Source: Octopus sinensis
Taxonomy: Eukaryota
Length of the DNA: 64,000 nucleotides
Assembly (NCBI RefSeq): GCF_006345805.1
Contig: NC_043021.1
Location: 25,544,001 to 25,608,000 of the forward strand
Direction: 5' to 3'
The translations under genes were made by a program, and so were the position numbers. Below, piece after piece: positions 52,983-64,000 of this stretch. The notes under the pieces are model-generated. The model was not told the origin of the DNA, made no database searches, and worked only from the letters and a program-made list of their open reading frames with translations. Numbering within the stretch: the stretch's first letter is position 1; the number at the start of each line of letters is the position of its first letter.

Positions 52983-54315
52983 CTACATACACACACATAT
53001 ATACACATATACGTATTCTTTACAGTGTAGACTAGATGCTTTTTACGTGACACCGGCTGGCATGATGGGCTTCATTTAGTTTCCATCAACCAAATCCAGT
53101 CACATTTGACCAGGGTGCCACACAATGGAACTGAACCTAGAACCATGTAGTTGGGAAGTAAGCTTCTTGCCTGCACCTTTATTTACATATTTATATATGT
53201 GTGTGTGAATATGAGTGATGGAAGCATTATTAATACGAAATGCAATCTTTATATCCAGCTCAACATGGATGCTCTGCTAGAATGCCAAAGACTGCAGTAT
53301 TTGCCTTGAAAGGTCCTCTCATATAGGTGCATGGTGCATAAAAGTATAAACATAAATCATAGCACAAGAGAATCACCTGGCATTGGAGCCAGAACTGCCA
53401 GGTCACCTTGATTTCAGCATGCTGTGCTTCCTCAGTAGCAGGCATCCTGTTGCCACAAACCAAGCAAATCTTACTGCCAATGTTATACAGAATAGCAGTG
53501 ACTTTTTATTTACTGATGTCACAAATAGCCAGCAGATGTGCACTCTCAGCACCATATGTCAAAAAGAGACCTCTCTCAAGGCAAATATCTGTATTTTGGT
53601 GTTCTAATAATACATCCACAATAAATAGGATATTTAGTATTAATATTGCCTCTGCCACAAATATTTAAAAAAATAAGTTTGGTGGCTATTTGCGATATCA
53701 GTGACTGAAAAATCAGTTATTCTATATACTTTAGGCAGCGAAATTTGACCGGTATGCAGCAATTGGACGCCTGCCACTGAGGAAGTGCAGTGCAATGAAA
53801 TAATGTGATCCGGCAGTTCCAGCACCAATGCAAGATAATTCCTGTCTGTTCTTAGCAGTGTACATCTAAATGAGAGACTCTCTCAAGTTGAATACTATAG
53901 TAAAACAGCATTCTAATAGTACATCCACTTTAAGTAAAGAATTTTGTTTGTGTGTGTGTGTGTGTATGTGTATCTGTGTACATGTATGGTGCTGAGAGTG
54001 CACATCTGCTGGCTATTTGTGACATCAGTAAATGTATTTGTGTGTGTGCATGTGTGTCTACATGTGTGTGTGTAAACCTGTTTCGGGATTTGTTAGAATC
54101 TAGGCACATCAACATGCAGGATGCCAGAAATGGCTAGGTACCCATAACATAGAGTTTACAGTGAGGTAAAACAACCGTGACACATCATGTGTTGGTAGTT
54201 TACGGCAGGTAGGTAGATATTTAAGTAGTGAATCCAATTGAAACTGTTGATGTGACTCGGGGTTGGTTCCAAGTGCAGCATAAGTATAAAAAGAAGACCA
54301 GAAACAAGGGTTTGA

Positions 54316-54515
54316 AATTTACTACAGCTGTTTCAGAGGGATTTTATTGATGTATTGCTGATGATGACTTATTCCTCATGCTCTTTATTGGATATATCAT
54401 CATCAAGGTTCTGCCTTGCCTGCTTAAAATTTTACCTGAAGATGGTGCGTTTATGCCATGATGTAATCTATGAATACATCAATGAAATTCTAACGAAATG
54501 GCTGTAGTAAATTTT
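54316..54515. repeat. Imperfect inverted repeat with hammerhead-like motif (+ strand 54426-54515)
   Basis: AAATTTACTACAGCTGTTTC...TTGATGTATT pairs with AATACATCAAT...GAAATGGCTGTAGTAAATTT. The motif reads TTTAC-CTGAAGA...GAAA-TGGCTG-TA-GTAAA. Confidence 0.6.
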
Positions 54516-54824
54516 AACCACCATTTCTGTTCTTCTTTTTATATATACATATGTATATATGTATATATGTGTGTGTATGTATTTGTGTATACCATTGACT
54601 TGGCATCACTCATCAATGTTATAGAAGCAATGATGTCCATTTCCAATGTTTCATGAAAGACATGTCTAGCTATGGAGAAATACTAACTTGCTTGGAAAAA
54701 ACAGGTGATAGGAAAGTAATATGGCCATGGGAAATGTGCCTCAATGAATTCCTTCTGACCTTTCTAAACATGGGAAAGTGGACGTAAAAATGGCGATGAT
54801 GATAATGATAATAACGATGAATAG

Positions 54825-54862
<38 letters not shown>

Positions 54863-55269
54863 TTGGTGATTTTGTATTTATACTTGGAATGTATGCTATG
54901 ATGTATGGAGGACCTTTGTGTTACAGAAATGTTAACAGAACAAAAAGTACAACAAAAAAAAAACCAACGAGCAACAATCAAGGGAAATAAAACATATTTT
55001 ATTTTACCTCATCTCTTTTCGTTTTTAAATTTTCACCCACAAAACAAATTCTTTCCCCAAAATTAATGACCAAAATTTTTCTCTGCCATTGTCTTTGACT
55101 TTCTCCATTGTATAAAGTTTCTATGACACAAAACTTCTACATACAAGTCAAACAAGACTTCAGTTAGATGCAACAACACAAAAGCTATTTAATTAATTTA
55201 TATTGCTTTAACAAACTGGTGTATTGGTAGAATTATGTGTATGTATACACAACTATATATATGTGTGTG

Positions 55270-55314
<45 letters not shown>

Positions 55315-55319
55315 GTATA

Positions 55320-56320
55320 AGGGTGGAAAGGAACACACGAGTTGATATATATGAAAAAACAAGTCAAAAATAGAAAATGCTAAGATAATTTTATAGTGAA
55401 TCTTTCAGTACCGGTTTCGGTCATTTTGAGACCTTTTCAACTGTAATGATTAAATAATTAAATTTAGAAAAATTAGAAGAAAAGTTTTTTTAAAAGAATA
55501 TTTCTGTAGTAGTGTTCAGATATAAGTAGCATTCTGCCTTTCTCTGACTCCCTTGTTTGCACTTGTGTGTTCGAGGTCGTTTTGAGTTCTTGGTAGGATA
55601 GGTGAAGAATAATGAGGCTGATGTGGAGAGGGGGTGTGGAAATCTGGGAATGCCTTAATGGTCGTATTTTGAATGGTCAGTGGCTGACAGTAGTCGCAGT
55701 TCAATTCAGGAATTGTTTATGGAATTTGTGTAGGCGTTATACTGAAAGACATTAGTGACAAGGTTAAGGGGTGGAAGGTGGAGAAGTAGAAGAAGAAGAA
55801 GATGACGATGTTGATGATGATGATGATGAAGAAGAAGAAGGAGAAGAAGAAGGAGAAGGAGAAGATGGTGGTGATGATGGTGGTGATGATGATGACGACG
55901 ATGATGATGATAATGATGATGATGAAGAAGAAGAGGAAGAAGAAGAAGAAGAAAAAACAGAGAAGGGAGAATATGAATGGGTGTAAGTATAGCTGTGATG
56001 GGGCTGATTAGTAATGGATTCTCTGGAGTGTAATATTTGTGTGTGTATATATTTCTTTTATTCTAAAGTTGAGGTATATTAATTGTTTGTCGTAGACCTG
56101 TTAAGAAGTGGCTTGTATTTTGTAATAAAGAGATTTTCTTTACTTATTTGTTGTCTCGAGGTTGTATCGTCCCTAAATTGGTAGAGGGGAAAAATTCTGA
56201 AGTTTGGTGTTTTTTTGTTGGCGCAAGTATCTATGTGTTGGCTAAAAGCTATTTTTCTGTTTTGGGGAATTTTTATCTGGGATCTGTGCAGGGCTATTCG
56301 TTTACGCAGGGCCATTCGTT
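55320..56320 (-). mobile_element. 3' fragment of a second Penelope-like family (GIY-YIG C-terminus, 3'UTR, pLTR)
   Basis: LRKRIALHRSQI...FSQHIDTC...NFRIFPLYQ...KENLFITKYKPLLN aligns by eye to the C-terminus of the 30134 endonuclease. Has a hammerhead-like motif and a similar CACACGAGT...TATATATGAAAAAA end. TA-flanked. Confidence 0.85.
55406..55443 (-). ncRNA. Minimal hammerhead-like motif (U3-A8 variant)
   Basis: CAG-TTGAAAA-GGTC(TCAAAAT)GACC-GAAA-CCGG-TA-CTG. Confidence 0.65.
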
Positions 56321-56371
56321 TATGTATATATATACATAAATATATACATAAATATATATACATACATGCAC

Positions 56372-56702
56372 AGCGCATGGCTCAGTGGTTAGAGCATCAA
56401 GCTTATGATCGTGAGGTTGTGAGTTTGAATCCCAGACTGGGATGCGTGTTGTGTTCTTGAGCAAGACACTTAATTTCACATTGCTCCAGTTCACTCAGCT
56501 GTAGAAATGAGTTGTGACATCACTGATGCCAAGCTGGATCGGCCTTTTTGCCTTTCCCTTGGATAACACTGGTGGCATGGAAAGGGCAGGCTGGTAGGCA
56601 GGGCAACTGCTGGTCTTCCATAAACAGCCTTGCCTGGACTTGTGCCTCAGTGGGTAACTTTCTAGGCACAATCTGATGGTCCTTCATGACTGATGGGGGT
56701 CT

Positions 56703-56705
<3 letters not shown>
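56372..56705 (+). mobile_element. tRNA-derived SINE, third family
   Basis: TGGCTCAGTGGTTAGAGC A-box, GAGTTTGAATCCC B-box, then a TTGAGCAAGACACTTAA core. Confidence 0.75.
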
Positions 56706-56733
<28 letters not shown>

Positions 56734-57629
56734 GGTGCAGGAGTGGCTGTGTGGTAAGAAGCTTGCTTCCGTGCATGTGTCACCCAGAGTGCATTTGGTT
56801 TGTCGTTTGTGTGCACTTCAGACATTGCTTTTTGCTGCTTTAAGGGTAGAGATGATATACTCAGACTTTAGTAGATCTGATTTGTCTTCAGTAGAGGAGG
56901 AGCTGGTAAGGGCAGTCATATTGATGGACGGAGTGTTGGAGAAGACAAGAAGTTTTGCTGAGGCCACGGAGATGAAGCAAAGGGAGTTGGACTTGGCTGG
57001 TCTGAAGGAGTATGAGAAGATGGTACAGAAGGTGGGAGGTGATGTGAGGTTGTCACCCGTCCCCAAGGAATTATGGAGCGGATGGAGAGAAAAATGATCA
57101 CCTATAAGGTGTTAGGTGGTAAAAACAGAGGAAGCAGTGCTTCTGCCCACATACCTTGGAAGAAAGACTTCCGAGGTAAGAGTAGACGCAATCCCACCTG
57201 ATATAGAAGTGGCTTGGATGGCAGCAGCTGTCCTTGTTGGAAGTGAGGAGAAAGTGACTGTCCTTCAAGCCACAGAAACAGAAGAAAGAGGGTGGAAAGG
57301 GAGGACACTAGAATTAATTATACAGACAGAGGAGGACAGCTGGAGAGTTTGGCAGAGATGGTGACAACAAGTTCCTTTTCTTTTTTTTAAGAGAAAATAA
57401 GACACAAATTTTAAACAGAAAGTGATTTATTCAATCATTGATATAATGCTTTCTCACCTTGATCAACACTTATTACCTGTAAATACATAAATATCACAAT
57501 ATATTCAATAGAAGAGATGTAGTTTCATTCATTGGGTGTGTGAATTAATGTTACATGTGGGCGGAATGTACTGTGCTTCCAGAACTCAGTTTCACTGAGG
57601 TGGACAGATCTTCTTAAGAACCATATATG

Positions 57630-58605
57630 ACCCGACATCTTAGTCCATAATTATCTCTGTGAGGTCCAACATCTTGAGATGAGTCTTCACTACTTCATCC
57701 CATATCTTCCTCTTCCATAGGTACCATCAACACTTTAAGCAACTGATATTTCTTTGTACAGCTATCTTCATTCATACGCATCACATATCCAAACCAATGT
57801 AGTCTTCTCTCTTATATGTTGCATCAGATTCCTCTTCTTCCCAATTTTTCCCATTTACACTTTGTCATACATGCACACTGATGTTGCATATCCATCGGAG
57901 CATACTAGCTTCATTCCTCTCTAGTCTACGGATATCTTCTGCACTCAGAGCCCGTGTCTCACTCCCATGGAATATAGCTATTTGTACACAAGCATCATAC
58001 AATCTTCCTTTCACTCTGAGAAAGAAACCCTTTGTTGCCAACAGAGTTAACAGCTCTCTGAACTTCTTCCATCCTATTCTTATTCCAAGCAACTATACTT
58101 TCAGAACATCCTTCTCCATTGCTAATTTGGTCATTCAGGTAACACAAACGATCTACAACCTCTAGGTAGCCTCCTGGGTATTCGAGAAAATCTAATTCCC
58201 ATGTGTCCTTAGCGTTTATTGTTCATTCGCATTTGCCACACACAAAGACTACTTTCTCTGTTCATCTCCTTGTGATTCCACTGCACCTCTTATGAGTGCA
58301 TTGAATGGAATTCCTTCCAGAACCATTCCTACATATTGAGCAGGGTCACTTACCTGACAAAAAGAGAGTCTTACCTGTTTTCTTGCAAACAATATCTTGG
58401 GTCATTGCTAGATTTAATTCAAGACCCTTTGATTCCAGGTTTTGTCATCATACTGGAATTTCTCATCCAATTCCACTGCAGATTCTGCTCCAAGAGAGAG
58501 GTCATCAGCATATAGCAGTTCCTATGGCAGCCTGTTTTAAATTCCTCTGTTATGACCTGGAGGGCTAAGCTGAATCAGAGGGAACTGAGAAGTGAGCCCT
58601 GGTGA
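57630..58605 (-). mobile_element. Older degenerate copy of the PHD-RTE family
   Basis: IRIGWKKFRELL...GRLYDACV...HGSET..RRLERNEASMLRW, with many disablements. Confidence 0.8.
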
Positions 58606-58744
58606 TTGCTTTCTCTGAACATTTCAGTAGATAATTAATTATACAGACGGAGAACAGCTGTAGAGTTTGGCAGAGATGGTGACAATAAGTTTCTTTCTTT
58701 TTTTTTAAGAGAAAATAAGACACATTTCAGTAGATAATTCATTT

Positions 58745-59388
58745 CTCATCACCTGTCAATTTGCTTTAAAAAAGGTGCGTTTTCATTCCGTTTATAAAGC
58801 GAATCACCGATGGAAATGCGATCCAAAAGGTTCTTCTCACTCAACTCATGTGGTACCCAAACTTCGTAGTGATTTGTGTACCCAAGCTTTACCAGGTGCT
58901 CATGAACAACGGATTTTGATAGGTTGAGGCTTTCTGCCAACTGTCGAGTTGTGCAATGTGGGTTATTCTCAATTAATGACTTTATTTGGTCATCATCTGT
59001 AGTGGATGGTCTGCCTGATCGTTCTTTATCTATAAGGCTACAATTTCTAGCTTGGAACCTTCCGAACCACTTCCGTACAGTTCTTTCGGATAAAGAAACA
59101 TCACCGTAAACTGCGCATATTTCTTTGGTTGCTTGTGAGGCATTTTTCCCTTTACGAAAAAAGAAAAGCATCAAGTGCCAAAAATGAACTTTCTTATCTT
59201 CCATTTTAAAGGGTTACAGAACTAACACAGGTTATAGGAACATAAACCTTCTTCCACGAAAAGATAGCTTAAACTGTGCTCTAAATGAAAGTATAGTCAA
59301 ATCCTATTTTATGGACTCAACCATGTTCTAAAATAAGTCGAAAGGTATGGTACTATAAATTGGCACGAACTTTCCTGACAACCCAATA
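58745..59388 (-). mobile_element. 5' half of mariner element (TIR + transposase N-terminus)
   Basis: TIR-like TTGGGTTGTCAGGAAAGTTCGTGCC. ORF 59204-58749 has an HTH region, RSGRP and WVPHEL. Confidence 0.92.
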
Positions 59389-59390
59389 TA

Positions 59391-59839
59391 GAATGGTGAA
59401 TGCAATTGTCTTCCCAATAGCAACATATGGATGTGAGACCTGGACACTAAAGAAAGCTGACCAGAAGAGAATTAATGCATTCGAGCTTTGGTGTTGGAGA
59501 AGACTTTTACGGATTCCATGGACAGCGAGGCTCACCAATGGAGAAGTTCTTAAGCAGATAAGGCCGAAAATGCTGCTAGAAGCTAGGATCACTGAGGATA
59601 GATTGGCATATTTCGGTCATATTATGCGGAGAAAATCCCTGGAGAAGGACATCATGCTCGGAATGGTCAGTGGCAAGAGAGGAAGAGGCTGACCAAGAAC
59701 CCACTGGCTTGACACCATCAAGAGTGATACCGGAATGGACATAACCAATCTGAAAGAAGCGGCCCAGGATAGAACTGATTGGAGGACACTGATCCAACGA
59801 GTGACCGAGAGTCGACTTTGACTGAGCGGATAGAGAAAG

Positions 59840-59840
<1 letters not shown>
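59391..59840 (+). mobile_element. 3' fragment of BovB-like RTE LINE
   Basis: VFPIATYGCETWTLKKADQKRINAFELWCWRRLLRIPWTAR...YFGHIMR...LEKDIMLG. Confidence 0.85.
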
Positions 59841-59874
<34 letters not shown>

Positions 59875-59878
59875 TGTA

Positions 59879-59918
<40 letters not shown>

Positions 59919-59919
<1 letters not shown>

Positions 59920-60740
59920 GACCAAGTCAGTAGCATAGGTGGATGCTCTGAGAGCATAGCTGTGAGAATAAGAATAGGCTGTGCAAAGTTCAGAGAGTTC
60001 CTACCTCTGCTGGTAACAAAGGGCCTCTTGCTCAGAGTGAGAGGCAGACTATATGATGCCTGTATGTAAATAGTCATGCTACATGCCAGTGAAACATGGG
60101 CTCTGACTGCCAAGGACATGTGTAGTATTGAAAGAAGCGAAGCTGGTATGCTTTGCTAGATGTGCAATGTCAGTGTGCATGTACAACAGAATGTAAGCGT
60201 CTTGAGAGAAAAGCTGGGCATAAGAGGCATCAAATGTGGCATGCAAGAGAGATGAAAGCACTGGTATGGTCATGTGATGCATATGGACGAGGAGAGCTGT
60301 GAAAAAAAAGAACTGATTTCTACATGTGGAAGGAACCTGTGGAAGAGGTAGACCTAGGAAGACATGGTGGTGAAGCATAATATTCAAATGTTGGACCTCA
60401 CAGAGGCAATGACAAGTGACCGAGACCTTTGGAGATATGCCACGCTTGAGAAGACTCATGAAGCCAAGTGAAACATAGTTGTGGCTGGTGCCGGTGACAT
60501 GTAGCAGCATCCATGCCAGTCTCATAGAACTGGCACCCATGTCAATGACATGTAAAGTGTACCCATCACACTCTTGGAGTGGTTGGTGTCAGGAAGGGCA
60601 TCCAGCCGAAGAAACTTTGCCAAATCAGAGTGGAACCTGGTGCAGCTCTCAGGCTTGCCAGCCCTGGTCAAACCGTCCAACCCATGCCAGCATGGAAAGC
60701 GGATGCTAAATGAGAATGAAGATGATGATGATGATGATGA
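59919..60740 (+). mobile_element. Degenerate 3' fragment of the PHD-RTE family with (GAT)n tail
   Basis: DQVSSIGGCSESIAVRIRIG..KFREFLPLL..RLYDAC, and a 3'UTR matching 23030-23190. Confidence 0.85.
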
Positions 60741-61357
60741 TATATATGTGTGTACACACACACATACATGTAAATACTTATACATTCATACATACATGCA
60801 TACACATACATGCATGCATACACATACGTGCACACACACACACACATACTCTCTTTCTCTCTCACCCTATTTTTTATCTTCTTTCTCTTTCTCTTTACTC
60901 TCACCTTTTCTGTCTCCCAGCTTTTCTCTCTCTCTCTCTTTCTCTCTGTCTCAATCTATCTACCTGTTTACATCTCTTACTTCTATTCAGCCGCTCCACT
61001 TGACCACAGTCACCACCACCACCGCCACCACGACCGTATTCACATAACTCAAATTTTCACTGTATTCATTTGTAACCTATTGTGTTATTTAATTATTTAA
61101 TTATGTATAAACCACAATGAGTGTGTATGTGTGCGTGAGTAGTTTTGTGATATATATTTGTATGTGTGTGTGGTGTGTGTGTGTGTGCATGTTTGTGTGC
61201 TTGTGTGTGTGTGTGTGTGCTTGTGTGTATGTGTGTGATTATATGATCGAATTTAAAAGTATGTATGTTTACATACAAATTCACAAATGACTTCTCTGTT
61301 AGTTGTGTCTGCATCACTTTTTATACAGTATATTGTATACACACATTCTTTTATATA

Positions 61358-61388
<31 letters not shown>

Positions 61389-61489
61389 CATACATACATA
61401 CATATGTGTGTATATATATGGTATATATGTGTATGTATATATATATATATACATATCTATATCTATATTTCTCTCTTTCTATATATATA

Positions 61490-61567
<78 letters not shown>

Positions 61568-61971
61568 ACATATATATATATATATAATATATATATATAT
61601 ATATACATATATATACAGATGGCCAGATGCCTCAACTCACATATTCTGGCATTCTCTCACACACACATGAACGTACTGCTGGCTGTTTGGCCCACATTAA
61701 ATAATGTGTTGCGCTTCTAACTAAACTAGTGAATACAAACTTTAGTAAAACTTCCTTGACAACTAAGGTGCTCACAGTCACACGGTTGTATAACCTCAAA
61801 CCTCAGACTTCTAGTCAAGTGTAAAAGATTTGGCATTTCTAAGTCACTCCCAACCTAATTTTAATTAAGCAGGTAGACGAGTTTTCTACGGCATCCAGCT
61901 TTCCTTCACTGTCTGTTTATCCTTTCAAAGGAGTTGTGCTTTAATATGAACCTTTCAATCTATTGATTCCC

Positions 61972-62019
<48 letters not shown>

Positions 62020-62347
62020 CCTATCTATCTACCTATCTATCTATCTAACTCTGTCTATCTACTTGTCTGACTGTAGGGCTGTCCAATGCAAGTTAGTTCC
62101 ACTACAACACAATAGAAACCAGAGACCCCTGGTAGACACAAGAATATTAAGATGGTATTTGTGAGTATATATTTCAATATGTATTACGTTTCTGTTTTTG
62201 AGTATCTAACAAGTCTAATTAATTAAATTCTAATTATATTAGATATATTTTCCTATATTCATTGAGATTTCTATCAGAAATTATATGCACAGAAAATATT
62301 TTGTTTTGTACATACAAGAGACTATATTTCCCACATTTTAATTATAA

Positions 62348-62363
62348 TCTGTCTATCTGTCTG

Positions 62364-62442
<79 letters not shown>

Positions 62443-62450
62443 CTATCTTT

Positions 62451-62520
<70 letters not shown>

Positions 62521-62541
62521 GTCTGTCTATCTATCTATCTA

Positions 62542-62588
<47 letters not shown>

Positions 62589-62594
62589 ATCTTT

Positions 62595-62640
<46 letters not shown>

Positions 62641-62653
62641 GTATATCTATCTG

Positions 62654-62698
<45 letters not shown>

Positions 62699-62753
62699 TT
62701 ATCTACCTACCTACCTACCTACCTACCTACCTACCTACCTACCTACCTACCTA
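62348..62753. repeat. (TCTA)n/(CCTA)n microsatellite
   Basis: Direct reading. Confidence 0.95.
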
Positions 62754-63218
62754 TATTTATAGTTTTATCAATTGACACTTCAATCAGTTCATTTGATTGT
62801 CTTTTAGTGTATACACTAACGTATCTCGTTAAACACATAGAAAGTGAAAAATATTTACATATATCCACACATTCATACACACACACACACACACACGTTT
62901 CCTCTGTTTGATGTCACCATGTGGAATTTCTCCTATCAGGTAGCGTAGAAACGTTTTTCTGCATGTTTTACTTGAAAAACTAATATTTTTGCGTACATAT
63001 ATTCACAGACATGTATACACATGCATGTATATACACTCACGCGAGCATTCACACACACACACACAAAGGACAGGTTGGTGTCTTTTGACAAGGCAGATTG
63101 CATAATTTCCATTATTGCTCAACACCAAAGTTTAGCAATATCACTAATCCTGGTTAACACTATCTTAAAGACAGCAGTTTACCAATGAAATGTGCTTATA
63201 GATATATATATATATATA

Positions 63219-63287
<69 letters not shown>

Positions 63288-63340
63288 GTATATTTATATA
63301 TGTATGTATGTATGTATATATATATACATACATATGTATG

Positions 63341-63383
<43 letters not shown>

Positions 63384-63397
63384 ATATGTATATATAC

Positions 63398-63461
63398 CAG
63401 TGGTTCTCAACCCTTATATTTAAATGAGTTTTCCCACAGACCCCTTTTAATATGCTTATCC

Positions 63462-63511
<50 letters not shown>

Positions 63512-63594
63512 CAAATTTTGAATTTAGCTCATGGCCCCCAGTTCTACCTTTGTGGACTACCAGGGGCCCATGGACCCCAAGTTGGGAAGCACTG
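63398..63594. mobile_element. hAT-like MITE
   Basis: CAGTGGTTCTCAAC / GTTGGGAAGCACTG termini, internal (TG)n, TA-rich flanks. Confidence 0.7.
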
Positions 63595-63638
63595 GTATAT
63601 ATGTATATACACACACATGCATGTGTGTGAGTGTGTTG

Positions 63639-63671
<33 letters not shown>

Positions 63672-64000
63672 GTGTGTGGTGTGTGTGTGTAAACCTTCTC
63701 TTCACGAGAGAGCTGGACTTATTGTAATATCTCATGTGACTGTTTACTGCTAAAAAAACCCAAGATTTTTGCATATTCCATCAGCAAATTAAGAATATTT
63801 CGATTATTATGTCACTCTGAGCTTCCCGAAACAGTTGTCAAGTTAAGAAGTTCTCTATTTTGCTTCTTAGTATTCTGTATTTTTTATGCTTTATGTACAT
63901 TTATTTGCATATTTGCATCTGTATATGAGCTTATCTTTTTGAATGTATGTGGCTATATGCGACTGCATGTGAATACATCCTCATCATCATCCTCATCATC

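Noticed and set aside
55771-56011. Acidic D/E-rich protein ORF
   Set aside because: It is a trinucleotide repeat tract within a Penelope 3'UTR on the opposite strand.
56372-56445. tRNA gene
   Set aside because: A/B boxes are present, but there is no clean cloverleaf or poly-T terminator and the sequence runs into a SINE body.

Overview
AT-rich, microsatellite-dense animal genomic DNA. The SINE/LINE repertoire and repeat landscape suggest a cephalopod, probably an octopus (inference). Two spliced genes lie on the minus strand: a complete six-exon TMEM19 (51717->40051, 339 aa, all junctions GT-AG and in phase) and the first four coding exons of an ethanolamine kinase (16822->447, continuing past the window start). 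The rest is transposon-derived: RTE LINEs (one family with a PHD finger inside ORF2 and a tandem hairpin-array 3'UTR, one BovB-like), CR1 and Gypsy relics, mariner/maT/hAT/piggyBac-type elements and tRNA-derived SINEs. The most notable feature is a near-intact ~6.2 kb Penelope-like element (28031-34216). It has ~435-bp inverted pseudo-LTRs, an extra upstream coiled-coil-like ORF1, a T-TTT-TTA slippery site whose -1 frame enters the RT/GIY-YIG ORF, and a minimal hammerhead-like motif with a compensatory U3-A8 core. Further hammerhead-like motifs sit in Penelope-type fragments and palindromes across the window. All calls come from manual reading; no searches were run.
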